Positions 1-16,947 of a stretch of 64,000 nt of DNA are shown piece after piece. Numbering within the stretch: the first letter of the stretch is position 1; every line of letters begins with the position of its first letter. Source of the stretch: Flaccisagitta enflata (Eukaryota). The position numbers and the translations under genes are program-made. The notes under the pieces were generated by a model. It was not told where the DNA came from. It made no database searches and saw nothing but the letters and a program-made list of their open reading frames with translations. Location: positions 3,472,001 to 3,536,000 of the forward strand of contig OZ231126.1 of the NCBI GenBank assembly GCA_965153355.1, in the 5' to 3' direction.

Positions 1-14
1 TCTCTCTCTCCCTC

Positions 15-129
<115 letters not shown>

Positions 130-136
130 TCCACAG

Positions 137-989
137 TAATTTCTCCCTCTTGCGGTCCCACTTGAAAACTGATCACGATATCGAGTTCGATTTGGTGAAA
201 AGCTGCGAAATTTGCTTCGACAAATTCGGGTTTGCAGGGGCCGATTGCAGCTTCGTCCACGACATGTACATCGACCACGTCGAGGAAGATCATTGCAGAG
301 ACTTTAAGATTAGATGCTTGGACAAGATGGAAAGGCTCGTCGAGAAGATGGGGAAGGGGAAGGGGAAGAGGGTGGTGGAGGAGGAAGAGGAGGAAGATGA
401 AGAGGAAGATGAAGAGGAAGGAAAAAGTCCTGGAAAGCCCAGCATAACAGAACGGAAGTCCTTTAGAGCGTCCGACAAAAAGAGCAGAGACGAAAAGAAG
501 GGAGGAAAAGAAACGAAAAACAAGCGAGCGCTGATGAAAGAAGATGATGAGGAAGAAAAGAAAGATGATGAGAAAGAAAAGAAGAAAGCTGACGGAGAGA
601 AAGATGAGGAAAAAGAAGTGAAGAAAGAGGAGAGCGACAAAGAAGAAATGGGGAAGAGAAAAGAGGAAAAAGATAAGAAAGACGAACCGAACTCCAGGGC
701 TAAAGAGACTAAAACTGATACGGAAAAAAACGTCAAGAAAACGAAACCCGAAGAAACGAAAGAATCTACGGAAAATGGAGGTTCCGCGAATCTCCGTAAG
801 AGCGCGCGACGTCAGTCCGCCGAAGATCCAACGGAAACTGACAAAAGAGCAACGAGAAGTGCAAAAGACCAATCCGACCAATCAGAGGATAGAAGATCGA
901 CGAGGAGCGCCAAAGACGCCGACCAATCAGAGTCGTCGACGAGAAGGACATCTAGAAGATGCAGCGGCCAACAGAAAGACAAAAACTGA
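137..989 (+). CDS. Terminal coding exon of a C2H2-zinc-finger-like protein with a charged low-complexity tail (gene begins before the window)
   Basis: (CT)n tract then CCACAG acceptor at 131-136. Open frame to TGA 987-989. LRSHLKTDH and CEIC...HVEEDH spacing resemble C2H2 fingers, followed by an E/K/D/R/S-rich tail. Confidence 0.6.
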
Positions 990-3900
990 ATTAATAATTT
1001 ATAGGTTGTTTTATATCATTCGATTCATTCATATGTCAAATCTTGTCCCGAAGTCATTTGCAAATTATTCGTGGTCATGGAAGCTAGTTTTGTTTGTTTT
1101 TTTGTTCTTGATGATAATCTTCAAAGATAGTTTTGTCTCATTTTCATTCATATTCAAACCCTCACTTTACTTTTTTCCTCTCTCCTCCCCCCCTTCCCTC
1201 TCTTTCCCTATGGATCCGTTCTTGGAGTTACAAGCCCACCCAAACATCCCCTTGCTCTTACCCCCGGAACTGCCCTCTCGTTCCTCCTCTTCCCATCTTA
1301 CAATCATCAAAAACGCCCACTTAACTAAAATCATATTATTTTAATTTTTCTAGTTTTCATCGATTTTAACGTAGGCCCTTTTATTTTATTATAAACTTCG
1401 TTTCTGTTTGTTGTTGCATTATCATTTTTGACTCGAAAATTGGAAAATTAGCTATATGTTTTCCGTGGGTTGATTTAGCTTGCATTTTCTGTTGACAATC
1501 AGCTTGTCATTGTGATCGGTATCAATCTGACCAATTTTAGATCGTCGCTGTCGTTAGTTTTTTTCATCGGTAATTATCCCTCATTAGTTAACGCTGGACG
1601 GTCATCAGAAAACGATCTTTACATCGAAACGATTTAGTTATTGTAGTTGCATCCTGGTATTTCTACAAGAGGGTTTATAAGAGGGTCCGTCATTTAATGA
1701 CTGACAACGTCTGTCGGTCTGAAAAGTAACTACTAAAACCCTTTCCCTGCCCCTCGACGAATGACAATTGCCAACCGATCGAATGACTATTTAAAGTGTT
1801 ACAACGCTACACGATGAAAGAATACAAACTTTTTGGGGGCATACATGTAGTTACATTTTGTGAGAGAGGACGCCTGGTGTGGCTCGTTTTTTAGTTGCGG
1901 ACTATCGCCTCCATAAGAGGCTCTGTCCGTCCATCAGTCCGTCGGTCTGCCGTTCCATGGGTCACGCTCCTGTTGGGAAGTGTGAAAACGTGCAATTTGA
2001 ATGCTGTGTTCGGGTGCTTCACAGAGCAAACGTATGGAGTTTACCTTCACCCTACTTAGGTAATATAGAGAAGCAAAAATCATGAATATGATTATTTTCC
2101 TTCTTTCAAAATTCCTTTCTCTTTCTAGTTTGTTTTAGCCTTAAAGTTTTCACAAAGATCCCAGAAATCAGAAAAATGACATGTAGTTTTGTTACTAAAA
2201 GGATAATAATTTGTTTTAAAGAATCATAGTATTTGTTTGAATAGTCTTAAATATCAGAATATAAACTGTTAAAGAGCTTACTTAAGAAACAGATTAACAA
2301 CTCTATAAAGAGAAAAAATTAGGATTATAGCTAATTCAAATATTGTCAGTCTATTGATTTATTCCACTGCATTATGCAAATCAGGTTCTCAAAATAAAAT
2401 TGTTAAGAAATTGAAGTTGAATGATTTTTTTTTAATGGCAAGGGTAAAAAAATTAGCTACTCCATATTAGGTAAAGAGGGATGTTGTACGCTCCTGTCCA
2501 CCCGCCCGCGACCACATTGTAACCTCGGGTTACTTGTTTAAATGGGAAGTAGTGAGTCACGAGTCAAACGGCAAAAGCTCTTCCCGAAAAAGGGGAGAGA
2601 GTACTGGACTGTTCATTTCAGTTGTGGGTGGAAATTGCAGCGGACCAAAAAAAAAAAAAAGCTTTAAATTGGGGAAGATCAAAAGTTGTCACATTGAAAA
2701 TACACACTGAACGATACTAATCGCCGATTTAAAGTTTTATCTCAAATAAAAATAAGAACGCAGTGAATCCCCAATATGAGAGATGAAGTTTATTGATTTC
2801 TCTATGAAATACGATGGGAGGGAGAAGAGCAAATTGTCTTTCAACCGAATAGATTCTATCTCCATTAGGCATTACATTTGATTCCCTCTCTCTGTCTCTC
2901 TCTCATTTTCGGCGATTATGAATTCAATGCGGGTGTATCATTCTCCCGCTACCAGTTAAGTCGAAAGAAGGACAACCCTGTCGATCGTCGGTCAAACAAA
3001 TCAAATCTAATTCGAAATCAATTCTAGGTCGCGTGAAACTTAAATCTGTTTGTTGATTTTTTTTTTTTTTTTTTTTTTTTTTTGTGAATGGTCTTGTCCG
3101 TTTGTTAAAGTGTCCCTCCAAAGATTTTTTTTTCATTTTACTACATTCATCCATTAAAAAAAAGGCCGGATACTCGGCAATCCAGTCGCGGACGGTTGGG
3201 CAGGAGCAGTAATGCGGAAACCGCTCGGAATTCGATAATGTGACGGACGGACGGACATACCGACTGACCTACCGACCGACCTACCGACCGACACGGCAAG
3301 GTGTAGTCGCGTGTCCGCGACTAAAAACCACAGATAACTTAAAGGAGATTCCTATCAGAACAAGGCCGGATACACGGCCACTAGTTGCGGGCGGGTGGGC
3401 AGGGGCGGAAATGCACGTTTTCACACTTTTCAACTCGATCATTACAGACCGACGACCGACAAAGCCTCTTATAGAGTTGCGTGTCCGCAACTAAAAACCG
3501 ATATGTCTCAAAGGAATGCAACGTCAGCTTAACAAAATAGCGGACGCACCCAAGGCCTTTTTAACCGCGATTCTATATCTCACTGAATCGCTCAATCTGT
3601 CCGTCCGTCCGACACACAGATGCCGCGGTATCCGGCCTTGTTTTATCGCAGAATTGGAGAAACAACTAAAATGTTGAATGTTGAATTAAATTCTCACGCG
3701 ATTTTGTAATTCACCATTTTTAGACCAAGTTTATGACATCACTGAATGATCGATGAAAAAATCAGCTTCTGCAACAATGCCCCTGCCCACCCGCACCAAA
3801 TCAAATTTTTTTAAAAGCTAGTGATGTAAAAAACCGTCCATTTACGCCGGTATCACAAAGTATTACAGAAAGACCAACGGTTGCAGCAAAAAATGAAGTT

Positions 3901-4310
3901 GCGTGCGCGTAATTTGAAACTTGATCCGACAAGGCCAAGTAAGCCAAAATGTATCGCGTATGGATCGTCGAACGAATGCGTTACCCGACCGACCAACCGA
4001 CTGAAGGACAAAGCTTCTTATTTATGTGCGTTGTAGCAGGTCAAAAAGAAAGTTGTTGAAAGAACAGAAGCGCCGTCAAGTTAATCGATTCCTCATTGTG
4101 CTTTTTTCATCGGAAGGAATTCAGTTCGTACAATCGTACTTTTCGTTTGTCTGTTGGTCCGTCCGTCGCGCTGAGACGCTTTTACATAAACCGAAAGGAA
4201 TCGAGTGAAATTTTTTTTTACTAAATGACTTTTGCTTGTTTGCTTTATTTTTTCTTTCTTTTTCTTTCCTTTCTCTTTCCTTTCTTTCTGTCTTTCTTTC
4301 TTTCTTTCTT

Positions 4311-4404
<94 letters not shown>

Positions 4405-5804
4405 GTCATGTCTTCTCCATTCTGGGATTGAATAAACAACGATGATGATGATGATGGACTGAAGTCAACTGACAATCTAAATCGAAAATGGAAAGAGAGA
4501 GACTGAAAATTCAAAACAGAACAGAACAGAACAGGCCGAGGAAAGAATAAGGAAAGAAAAGAAAAATAATACTATACCTCTCATTTAGTGGAGGAAGGCA
4601 AAATAAACAAAGCCGAGTACATGGCTACCTTTGTTGTGCAAGGCTGGGCAGGGGCAGTGATGAGAAGGATCTGTCAAGCACTTTGGCAGAAGCGGCGAGG
4701 TTAAAAAACGCACTCAATAGAAAAATGAGATGGACCGACCAATGAACTAAAGGACGGACGAACGGACGGACCAAAAAGTGGCGACTGAAAACCCATAGCC
4801 CAGTCTCAGCATATGCGTTTCGTCAAGTTATGAGGCAAAAGGAAAGAAGTGGAAGAAAAAGTAAGTCAGAAAAAGGCGGCTAGAATCGGAATACGCACCC
4901 TGGCTAAAATTGGCCTATCTTCCATCCGACCTCCCTAATCACTCCTGGGAGGCAAGGGGGAAGGGGGGGGGTTAGCCGGTTAGAATGGCATGTGCCCATG
5001 ACTCATAGCCTTAGGGCATTTGTGACTCGCCTAAAAGTTGACTCTGCTGACAATATCTAGAATCAAGACCGAGAGGGAAAGAATTAGGGAAAGGGTCCAG
5101 AAACCCAGCCCCCCCCCTCCCCCAAAAAAGCGTTAGATGGTCAGCAGTACCCGCGCCCTGCTTAAGTAGTTTGTTATTAAAGTTGAGGGAGCTGGGTAGC
5201 AGCCCCAAAGGGTCCAATAACCTTTGCTTTCACACACGTGCAATTTTCTCCTCTTTCTCAAAGGCGAGAGTGTTGGGGGGGGGAAGGGGGAGGTGGAATG
5301 AGGACAAAGATTAAAGAGAAAATTCACAATATGTGTAAAAGCACAGGTGATTGATTCCTGTGGGGCCGCTATCCCCTTCCCCCTCCATTAGAATAAAGGG
5401 GGGGGGGGGTGATGCGCCCGCGCGCTTGCTTGGGATGACTCACTTTTCACAGAAACGCCTAGAATAAAGCGCCTCCAGTGCGTCGAGTACGGCGAAGCAA
5501 CATGTAGTCGTGTATAGCCTAAACATTCGAGCTAACTTCGCTCAGTTGTTCTTCATGGTATCGATGATGGCTGTTAGCTAACTTACCTCATTCAATAGGC
5601 GATGAAAGACTGATTAAACCTACCTTGTCCGTCCGACCGTCCGTCCGTCCGTCTGTCCATGACATACATTAAGCCGCTCAGTTCATTATGGGGGAATCTG
5701 TGCATATCAGGCCGTGTTTTTACGTTTATGACTGTTTGCCATCACCAAATCCTCGATGTGTCGTTTGTTTACAGTAGTTTCCTTTGTTGTGCTGCTTAGT
5801 TCGC

Positions 5805-6712
5805 TGTTACTAGTTCAGTGACTCACAGTAAGCTTTTTGTTTACTCTCTCGCTACTTCAGTGAGTTGCTTGTTTTGTTACTAGCTAAGTCAGTTGCTTGC
5901 TTGTTTTGTTACTAGTTCAGTAAGTTGCTTGTTGTTTTGTCACTAGTTCAGTGAGTTGCTTGTTTGTCTTGTTACTAATCAAGAGAGTTGCTTGTTTGCT
6001 TTTTTACTAGTTCAGTAAGTCGTTTGTTTGCTTTGTAACTAGTTTAGTAAGTTGTTTGTTTGTTTTGTAACTAATTCAGAGAGTTGCTTGTTTGCTTTCT
6101 TACTAGTTGAGTGAGTTTCTTGTTAGCTGGGTTTTTAGATGCGTCCTCGCATCTCTATAAGAGGGTCTGTCCGTCCGTCCGTCCCTCCGTTACCCTTCTT
6201 CGAAAATCCATCAATCATCAATTCAATCCCTCCCACACCACTCCCAATCATTTTTAGATGCGTCCTCGCATCTCTTGAGTTATGGGACAACTATCCTTAT
6301 ATCTATCATTCTGACTGCTAGGATCTTGCCCCCATCCCTCCCACCTCCAGAATTCAGTTTTTTACATATCAAATCCTTTGAAATCATTGGTCAATACTGA
6401 TACCGATCTGATGTCTTGCCAATATACATAATTGGTTCTTTTTTTCAATATCATTTAACTATTTAATCGGCAAACAGGAGCTGCATTTTTTATTTATAGG
6501 TATAATCATAGCATGATGTATTTTTTAACCATGAAAAGCGATATTGACAATAAGAACTGCAATATGCAAAAAACGTGGAATTCTTTCTATAAAGAGATCA
6601 GTAGAGGACGCATCGTTGCCCGATCGGGCTTGTTTGTTCAGCGAGTTGCTTGTTGACTTTGTCACTAGTTGCTTGTTTGCTTGGTTGCTGGTTCAGTGAG
6701 TTGCTTGTTTGC
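5805..6712 (+). repeat. ~31-bp tandem array (ACTAGTTCAGTRAGTTGCTTGTTTG) interrupted by an inserted element at ~6132-6633
   Basis: About 10 units before and 2-3 units after the insertion. Confidence 0.75.
6132..6633 (+). mobile_element. DINE-1/HINE-like non-autonomous element (family B; inverted relative at ~50698-51015)
   Basis: TTTTTAGATGCGTCCTCGCATCT short inverted repeat, (GTCC)n, 3' GACGCATC plus GCCCGATCGGGC hairpin, T-rich flanks. Confidence 0.65.
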
Positions 6713-7271
6713 CTTACCTTAGTTTGCTCTGATCCGTCTCTTTTAACTATTTCTGTCCTTCTTTCCTTCTTATCAGATTTTTCTCCTTCCTCCCTTTTCT
6801 CCTCCTCCTCTGCCTCCCTCTCCTCCTCCTCCTCTTCTCATTCTTCCTTCTCTTCCTCCGGTTTTCTGTAATTCCTTCTGCTTTCGTGTTCCTTCTACTA
6901 AAGTGTTTTTTCTTCTTCCTAACATATTCATATAAGAGAAAACTGTTTCATGTTTATAGGTCAGACTCAAAGTTACAATCTCTGCTCTGTCACTTTGCCG
7001 CATTGCGCAATCCCCGTCAGCTGATATGAGGCATGATAGTGTATACATGGCAGCCTCCTGTAGTTTTTAGTCGCGTGCACGCGACTCTACAACCCGCTTT
7101 GTCCATCCGCGATATGAGGCATGATACGTAATACTTGGCAGCCTCCTGTTTTGTAGTTTTTTTTCCTTTCCTTTTCCTTTTTCTTTCTCATTCTTCTATC
7201 TTTGCGAATTTCCTTCTTCCTGCCTCCTTCCGACATGTTCTTTTTGTGAGGAATTTTTTTCTTTCTTTCTC

Positions 7272-7315
<44 letters not shown>

Positions 7316-7442
7316 TATTTCTTCCTGCCTTTCTTGTTTTCTATTTTCATTCATTTATTCATTACTTGTTCATTCACTCTTTCTTTCTTTCTCCCTTTTT
7401 TCTTGCCCTTTTATTCTTTCTTTCTTTCTATTTTTCCTTCTC

Positions 7443-7501
<59 letters not shown>

Positions 7502-7554
7502 ATCTTTCTTTCTTTCTTTCTTTCTCTCTCTTTCTTTCTTTCTTTCTCTTTTTT

Positions 7555-7842
<288 letters not shown>

Positions 7843-8567
7843 TCTCTTTCCACCATGTGAATAACCACACCAGCCAGATTTGGTTCTCATGAATGATGCA
7901 TTGCTGGAGCACGAGAATTTCTGCTCCTGCAACTTACAAACGAAAGCAGATGGAGCACGCTTAAGATTGTGCCTACATCAGAATTGTGTAAACAAAGTTA
8001 AAAGCACGGCTCCGTTGTAAACAAACGACAACGCAAACAAATACGTGAACGCCAGAAAAAAAAAAGAAGAAAATACGCCAACCCTAATTGCTGCCAGTTG
8101 GGAAAAAAAGTGCTAAAAAAAAGAAAGAAAGAAAAAAGCTCGTAAGAAATACGGCGCGTCCGTCTGAAAATTTCAAGGACAAAAAGTTTTGAAAACATTA
8201 GAATAAAAAATATATGTTAAAAGACAAAAATTGTTTTGAAAAATGATCAAAATGCGTGTTTTCCCAGTTTTACTCGGCTGACTTTCAGATAAACAAGAGA
8301 AAAAAAATAAAAGATTGATCATCGACGGATTATCAGATGGACAGATGGACAGACGGGTGGAGGGACAAATGGACGGACTGACTTGTACAGTCGCGTAACT
8401 CGTGACTAAAACCTTGTTTCCTCTGAAATAATGGGGGAGGGGGAAATCCCTCCTCCTTCTGAAGTCTAGACTAATGCTTTGCACAAACATCACAATGAGA
8501 AAAAAACTGTCACCTAAGTTAACAGCAGACCACGACATACTTAGATCAAACACAGCATCACGGCTCG

Positions 8568-8666
<99 letters not shown>

Positions 8667-8944
8667 TCAGAGATCAAAATGATTCGTTCTTATACTTTTA
8701 ATCGTATCTGCCAAGTGAGCAGTATCTCATTTGATGCCATACTTGCAACTAAATGTATACGCAATACGTAATGCTCTTCTGTTAGTTCGTTGGTCTGTCT
8801 TTGGACTCTTGAAAAAGGTGTGTCCTTAAGTAGGTCTGTCTGTCCGTCCATAATGTGAAAATTGGTATGAAGCAAAATTGGCCCTCTACAGACGAGAGTG
8901 AAATACAAGAAGTCAACCCCCCAAAAAACTGTAGCACTCCCCTA

Positions 8945-9353
8945 CTACTCGACTCATAAAAAAAGCCGCACTTTTAAATTGCAGATTGTCATACTGAATT
9001 TCAAAATAATTAATTGAAATCTTAAACCGTTTCAAAGCTCTTGAAAAGATCTTTCATTTGGCTCCAATCTGAAAATTCTAGCTTTATTGGTTTAGAAATG
9101 GCATAAGAATGATTAAAAACATTGCCATTTTCAGTTTGCATTCCTATTAAAAAATGAGCATTTTTACAAATTAGGAGATAACTTTGACAAGCTCTAGCTA
9201 TTAAACCGTTGGAGATACAGATTTGGGATTGATCTAGAATGAAAGAAAGTTTGAAATTCTTTCAAATCACTTCTATAAAAAAATATTCAAATCATTTGTT
9301 TTTTTTTATCCTTTCACTCAAAATAGGGTGCGGCTTTTTTTTGAGTCGGGTAG
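8945..9353. mobile_element. MITE, TA target duplication
   Basis: TA|CTACTCGACTCATAAAAAAAGCCGCAC ... GTGCGGCTTTTTTTTGAGTCGGGTAG|TA. Confidence 0.75.
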
Positions 9354-9661
9354 TACAGCCTCAACTGTTGAATGGAGAAAGAAATATAACATATAGAACA
9401 GAAGCTTATATCCTTACAATTAGCCTCATCAGAGGGATTTTGGAATTTTATTCCTGATCTGAAAATATTGCTAAAAACCCAGTGAAAAATTGCAGATTTA
9501 GCAAAATTCAAAAAATGTTATTTTTAATTAGTTTCTAAGCTGTATTTCTAAACTGGGCGATAAAATGAATGATTCCCTACACAATTTTGTTTTTATTTCT
9601 AAATCCTCCGCCAGAGCGAATTTAATTCGAATAGCTTTGGGCCGTAATCCATAAACCCAGC

Positions 9662-9754
9662 CAACCCTTAGCCCTAAAGCTAACCCTGTCTCTAACCCTA
9701 ACCCTAAAACTATCCCCAACCCTATCCCTAACCCTATACCCACCCCTAACCCTA
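9662..9754 (+). repeat. Degenerate (CCCTAA)n telomere-like tract
   Basis: CCCTAA/CCCTAT/CCCTAG hexamers over about 90 bp. Confidence 0.55.
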
Positions 9755-11509
9755 ATTTAAATAGTCGCAAGCGTCAGATGGTCAGCAGCTGTGCCCCTAT
9801 GTGTGTGGGTATGTGTGGTGTGGTGGTAAGAGGCAGCGGCGAAGAGCCGATGACCTATGCTTTTGGGCAGCGGCGAAGGGGCCGATGACCTATGCTTTCA
9901 CATATGCAGAAATTTCTCCTTCTCCGTCCGTCCGTACCCCCCCCTGCCTCAAGGCCCAAATCCTGGCCTTGAGACCCAAGTCCCAGCCTTGAGGCCCAAA
10001 TCCCAGCCTTGAGGCTCAAAACCAAACCTGTGGGCCTAAATCCTGGCCCCAAGACCCAAATTCCAGCCTTGAGGCCCAAATCCACACCTTGTGGCCAAAC
10101 CCCAGCCATGAGATCCAAAACCCAGCCTAGGTGTCCAAATCCCAACCATGAGACCCATATATCAACCTTGAGGCTCAAATACCAGCATTGAGGTCCAAAA
10201 CCCAGTCTTGAGGCCCAAAACCTAGCCTTGAGCCCAAAATTCCTGCCTTGAGACAAAATTCCAGCGATTCGATTCGATTTAACAACATCTATTAGCCCGA
10301 GACGAGCCGCAAGTAAAAATATAACGAACGACACATCTAAAAGGGAATTACATACTCAAGTGTACAAGAACACAATTCAATGTCCAGTGCAGTGACTCTT
10401 CTTTCAGATCAAACTCCCCTCCTCCCCATAAAATTCCAGCCTTGAGGCTCAAATCCAAGCCTTTAGGCCCAAATACCAGCTTTGAGGTCCAAATTACAGC
10501 TCTGAGGCCAAAATCCCTAAAACATACTAAGCATAGGTCATCGGCCCCTTCGGGGCCGCTGCCCCTCTAACCACCTCACACCCACATATACTCACATGGG
10601 GGCAACGGGTACCGCTGACCATCTAATGCTTTTGCGACTATTATTTGTGCTTCAAGGCTGGAATTAGGGCCTGGAGGCTGGGATTTGAGCCTCAAGACCA
10701 GAATTTGGGCCTTGAGACCAGGATTTGGGCCTCAAGACCAGGAATTGGGCGTCGAGGCTGGGATTTGAGCCTCGAGGCTGGGATTTGAACCTCAAGGCTG
10801 GGATTTGAGCCTCCAGGCTGGGATTTGAGCCTCCAGGCTGGGATTTGAGCATCGAGGCTGGGATTTAAGCTTCCAGACTAGAATTTTGGCCTCAAGACTA
10901 GGATTTGGGTACGGAGAAGAAGGAGAAGAAGAAGGAGAAGGAGAAGGAGAAAGTTTCCCATATGTGTGAAAGCATAGGTCATCGGCCCCTTCGGGGCCGC
11001 TGCCCAAAAACTGCTTAAAAAGTCTTGAAAACAACAGATCACAGATGATCGTACAATTGTACCAAACTGGGAATAAAATTCCAAAATTGCTCTGATGAGG
11101 CTAATTATATTGATATACACTGTCAATTCCTATTTTTTATGCCTTTCCTTATTCAGCGGTTGAGGTTGTAGGGGGAGGGAGCTACAGTTTTTTTGGGGGT
11201 TAACATCTTGTATTTCACTATCGTCCGTAACTTGCTGCCCCTCCCACCTGCAATGCTGCCCCCGCCCACCGGCAAGCAACTATTTATTGGCCGTGTATCT
11301 GGCCTTGTTTATCGTTTGTAATGTTTTTGAGGTCTCGTGCACGCGACTCTATAACCCTCTATATTTGTCAGGCAGTCCGTCCATCCATCTGTGCGTCCAT
11401 CAGTTGGTAACACTTTGCTTGGCAATTTTCTATTTCCTTTTTTTTTCTTTTGTTCATATAATTTTTTTAAAGTTTTTGTAAAACGAATGAGGATATCGCT
11501 GCCATCGTT

Positions 11510-12011
11510 TGTTTATCTTTTGTTTGTTTGTTTTTTTCAGAGGTTTTTGTGAAGTGAGCGAAGATGTCCCTAAAACTGAAGGTGGCATTTTTAGTCGCGG
11601 ACTAGCGACTCTATAAGAGGCTTTGTCCGTCCGTCGGTCGGTCGGTCGGTCGGTCGGTCGGTTGGTCCGTCCGTCCGTCCATCACGCTCGAGTCAATAAG
11701 CGGGAAAACAAGCATTTCCGCCCCTGCCCACCCGTCCGCGACTAGTATTGGCCTTGTATCCGGCCTTGTTTGTTTATCTTTTGTTTATCTTTTGTTTTCA
11801 GAGGTTTTTGTGAAGTGAGTGAAGATGTCGCTGAAACTGAAGGTGGCATCTTTTGTTTATCTTTTGTTTATCTTTTGTTTATCTTTTGTTTATCTTTTGT
11901 TTTCAGAGGTTTTTGTGAAGTGAGTGAAGATGTCGCTGAAACTGAAGGTGGCATCTTTTGTTTATCTTTTGTTTATCTTTTGTTTATCTTTTGTGTATCT
12001 TTTGTTTTCAG
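11510..12011 (+). repeat. Three extra tandem copies of the talin start-exon acceptor plus first ~45 nt (including the ATG)
   Basis: TTTTCAGAGGTTTTTGTGAAGTGAGYGAAGATGTCSCTRAAACTGAAGGTGG at ~11534, 11795 and 11900, and the true copy at 12005. Confidence 0.92.
11589..11770 (+). mobile_element. DINE-1/HINE-like element (family A; other copies at ~3163-3325, 3358-3497, 19235-19812, 20364-20514, 32941-33145, 41626-41763, 52147-52314, 60602-60809)
   Basis: 5' TTTTTAGTCGCG-n5-GCGACT inverted repeat, (GTCG/GTCC)n microsatellite, 3' CGCGACT plus GGCCGTGTATCCGGCC hairpin, inserted in T runs. This is the architecture of Helentron-associated interspersed elements. Confidence 0.7.
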
Positions 12012-12034
12012 AGGTTTTTGTGAAGTGAGTGAAG

Positions 12035-12149
12035 ATGTCGCTGAAACTGAAGGTGGTGGCGTTAAACGGAAGTTTGACAAAAACAATCGAATTCCGGAAT
12101 TCAGATTTGGTCTTTGACGCCGCAAGAAAAATACAAGCTAAAATCCCAG
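12035..12149 (+). CDS. TLN: Talin coding exon 1 (FERM F0 start)
   Basis: Acceptor TTTTCAG ends 12011, ATG 12035. MSLKLKVVALNGSLTKTIEFRNSDLVFDAARKIQAKIP aligns with the talin N-terminus (LSLKI...KTMQF...VYDACRIIRERIP). Phase-1 donor GTGAAT at 12150. Confidence 0.88.
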
Positions 12150-12159
12150 GTGAATGATA

Positions 12160-15750
<3,591 letters not shown>

Positions 15751-16029
15751 ATAATTACCCATAATTCTTGGCTTAGAGATGCACCAACGCATTTTTCCCA
15801 ATTGGGGGCCTTGTGATACACTATATTACCTTATTTCCTTGAAACACCCAATTGGAAATCATGAGATTTAGCATTTCACCATTTTTTTGTGTTACACCCG
15901 ATTGGGAGCAATGCTATAGAATGAAGGAAGGGAAGGAAAGAATGAAGGAGGGAAGAAATGAATAAAAGAAAGGGATGGTGGAATGGAGGTAAGATAAGAA
16001 GGGAGGAATGGGAGGAGGGAAGGAAGGTA

Positions 16030-16947
16030 CCCTGTCTTCAAAAGCAACTGTAACCAGCAAAAGATGTATAGTGTGAAAACTAATTCTATTACATAATTCA
16101 GATTTTTTTTGTCTGTAAGCATATCAACTGCGGTTTCATCATGCCAAATTTCAGCACTTTTTGTTTAATGGTTTAGCTTCTACATCATTTTTAAAAATAC
16201 CCAAATTTCCCTCAAATGTTGCAATTTTGATGTAGAATAAAAGAATTAAGTTTATTCTACTTGGTCTAAATAACAAAAAAAAAAAAAGATTTTAAGAGTC
16301 TGCATTGATCCCATATTAAAAAATCTTTATTACTAAAATGAGTTTTGTTCATATTGTGCGTAATTCTAAGATATTGTTATTAAAATAATGAATCTTTAAC
16401 ATGAAATATTGTTGGAATATAAAAAATCAAGGAAAAACCTGGTAAAAGCATAACAAATACATGATAATGTGGGTTTTTCTAAAACTTGACATTGTCTCCT
16501 TCAAAAATTTTTCACTTTGAGAACAATCTGGAAGTTTTAACTCAAAGCGTAAAAAAGTTTTAGAGGTTTGTTTGAAAGACATCATTACACAGGAAGTATA
16601 ATCGAAGAAAAAACACTTATTTTATGGAGGATACTGTGTATTTTTACATCAATAAAATTGATGTAAAAATACACAGTATCCTCCATAAAATAAGTGTTTT
16701 TTCTTCGTTTTAGAGGTTTGAAGTCAAACACCCCATTCATGTCCAATATGAAAAGCTGTATTGCCACAAATAGTGTTTTACTTCAAAATGGTGCAGAGGC
16801 TAAACCACTTGATAAAAAGTGCTGAAATTTTTCATGAAGAAACCGCAGTTGATATGCATTATGATAGATAAAAATCCAAAGTTTGTAAAAGGAATAATCA
16901 TCACATAACATAACTTTTGCTGGTTGCAGTTGCTTTTGAAGACAGGG
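16030..16947. mobile_element. MITE with long imperfect TIRs, TA target duplication (Tc1/mariner-type ends)
   Basis: TA|CCCTGTCTTCAAAAGCAACTGTAACCAGCAAAAG ... CTTTTGCTGGTTGCAGTTGCTTTTGAAGACAGGG|TA. Confidence 0.85.

Noticed and set aside
6960-7070. TTTATAG|GTCAGACTC... (VRLKVTISALSLCRIAQ) as an alternative talin first exon
   Set aside because: There is no ATG or good donor, and it runs into a stop; 12035 gives a better and complete F0 start.
9662-9754. Chromosome end or fusion site
   Set aside because: The tract is short, degenerate, single-orientation and embedded among interspersed repeats.
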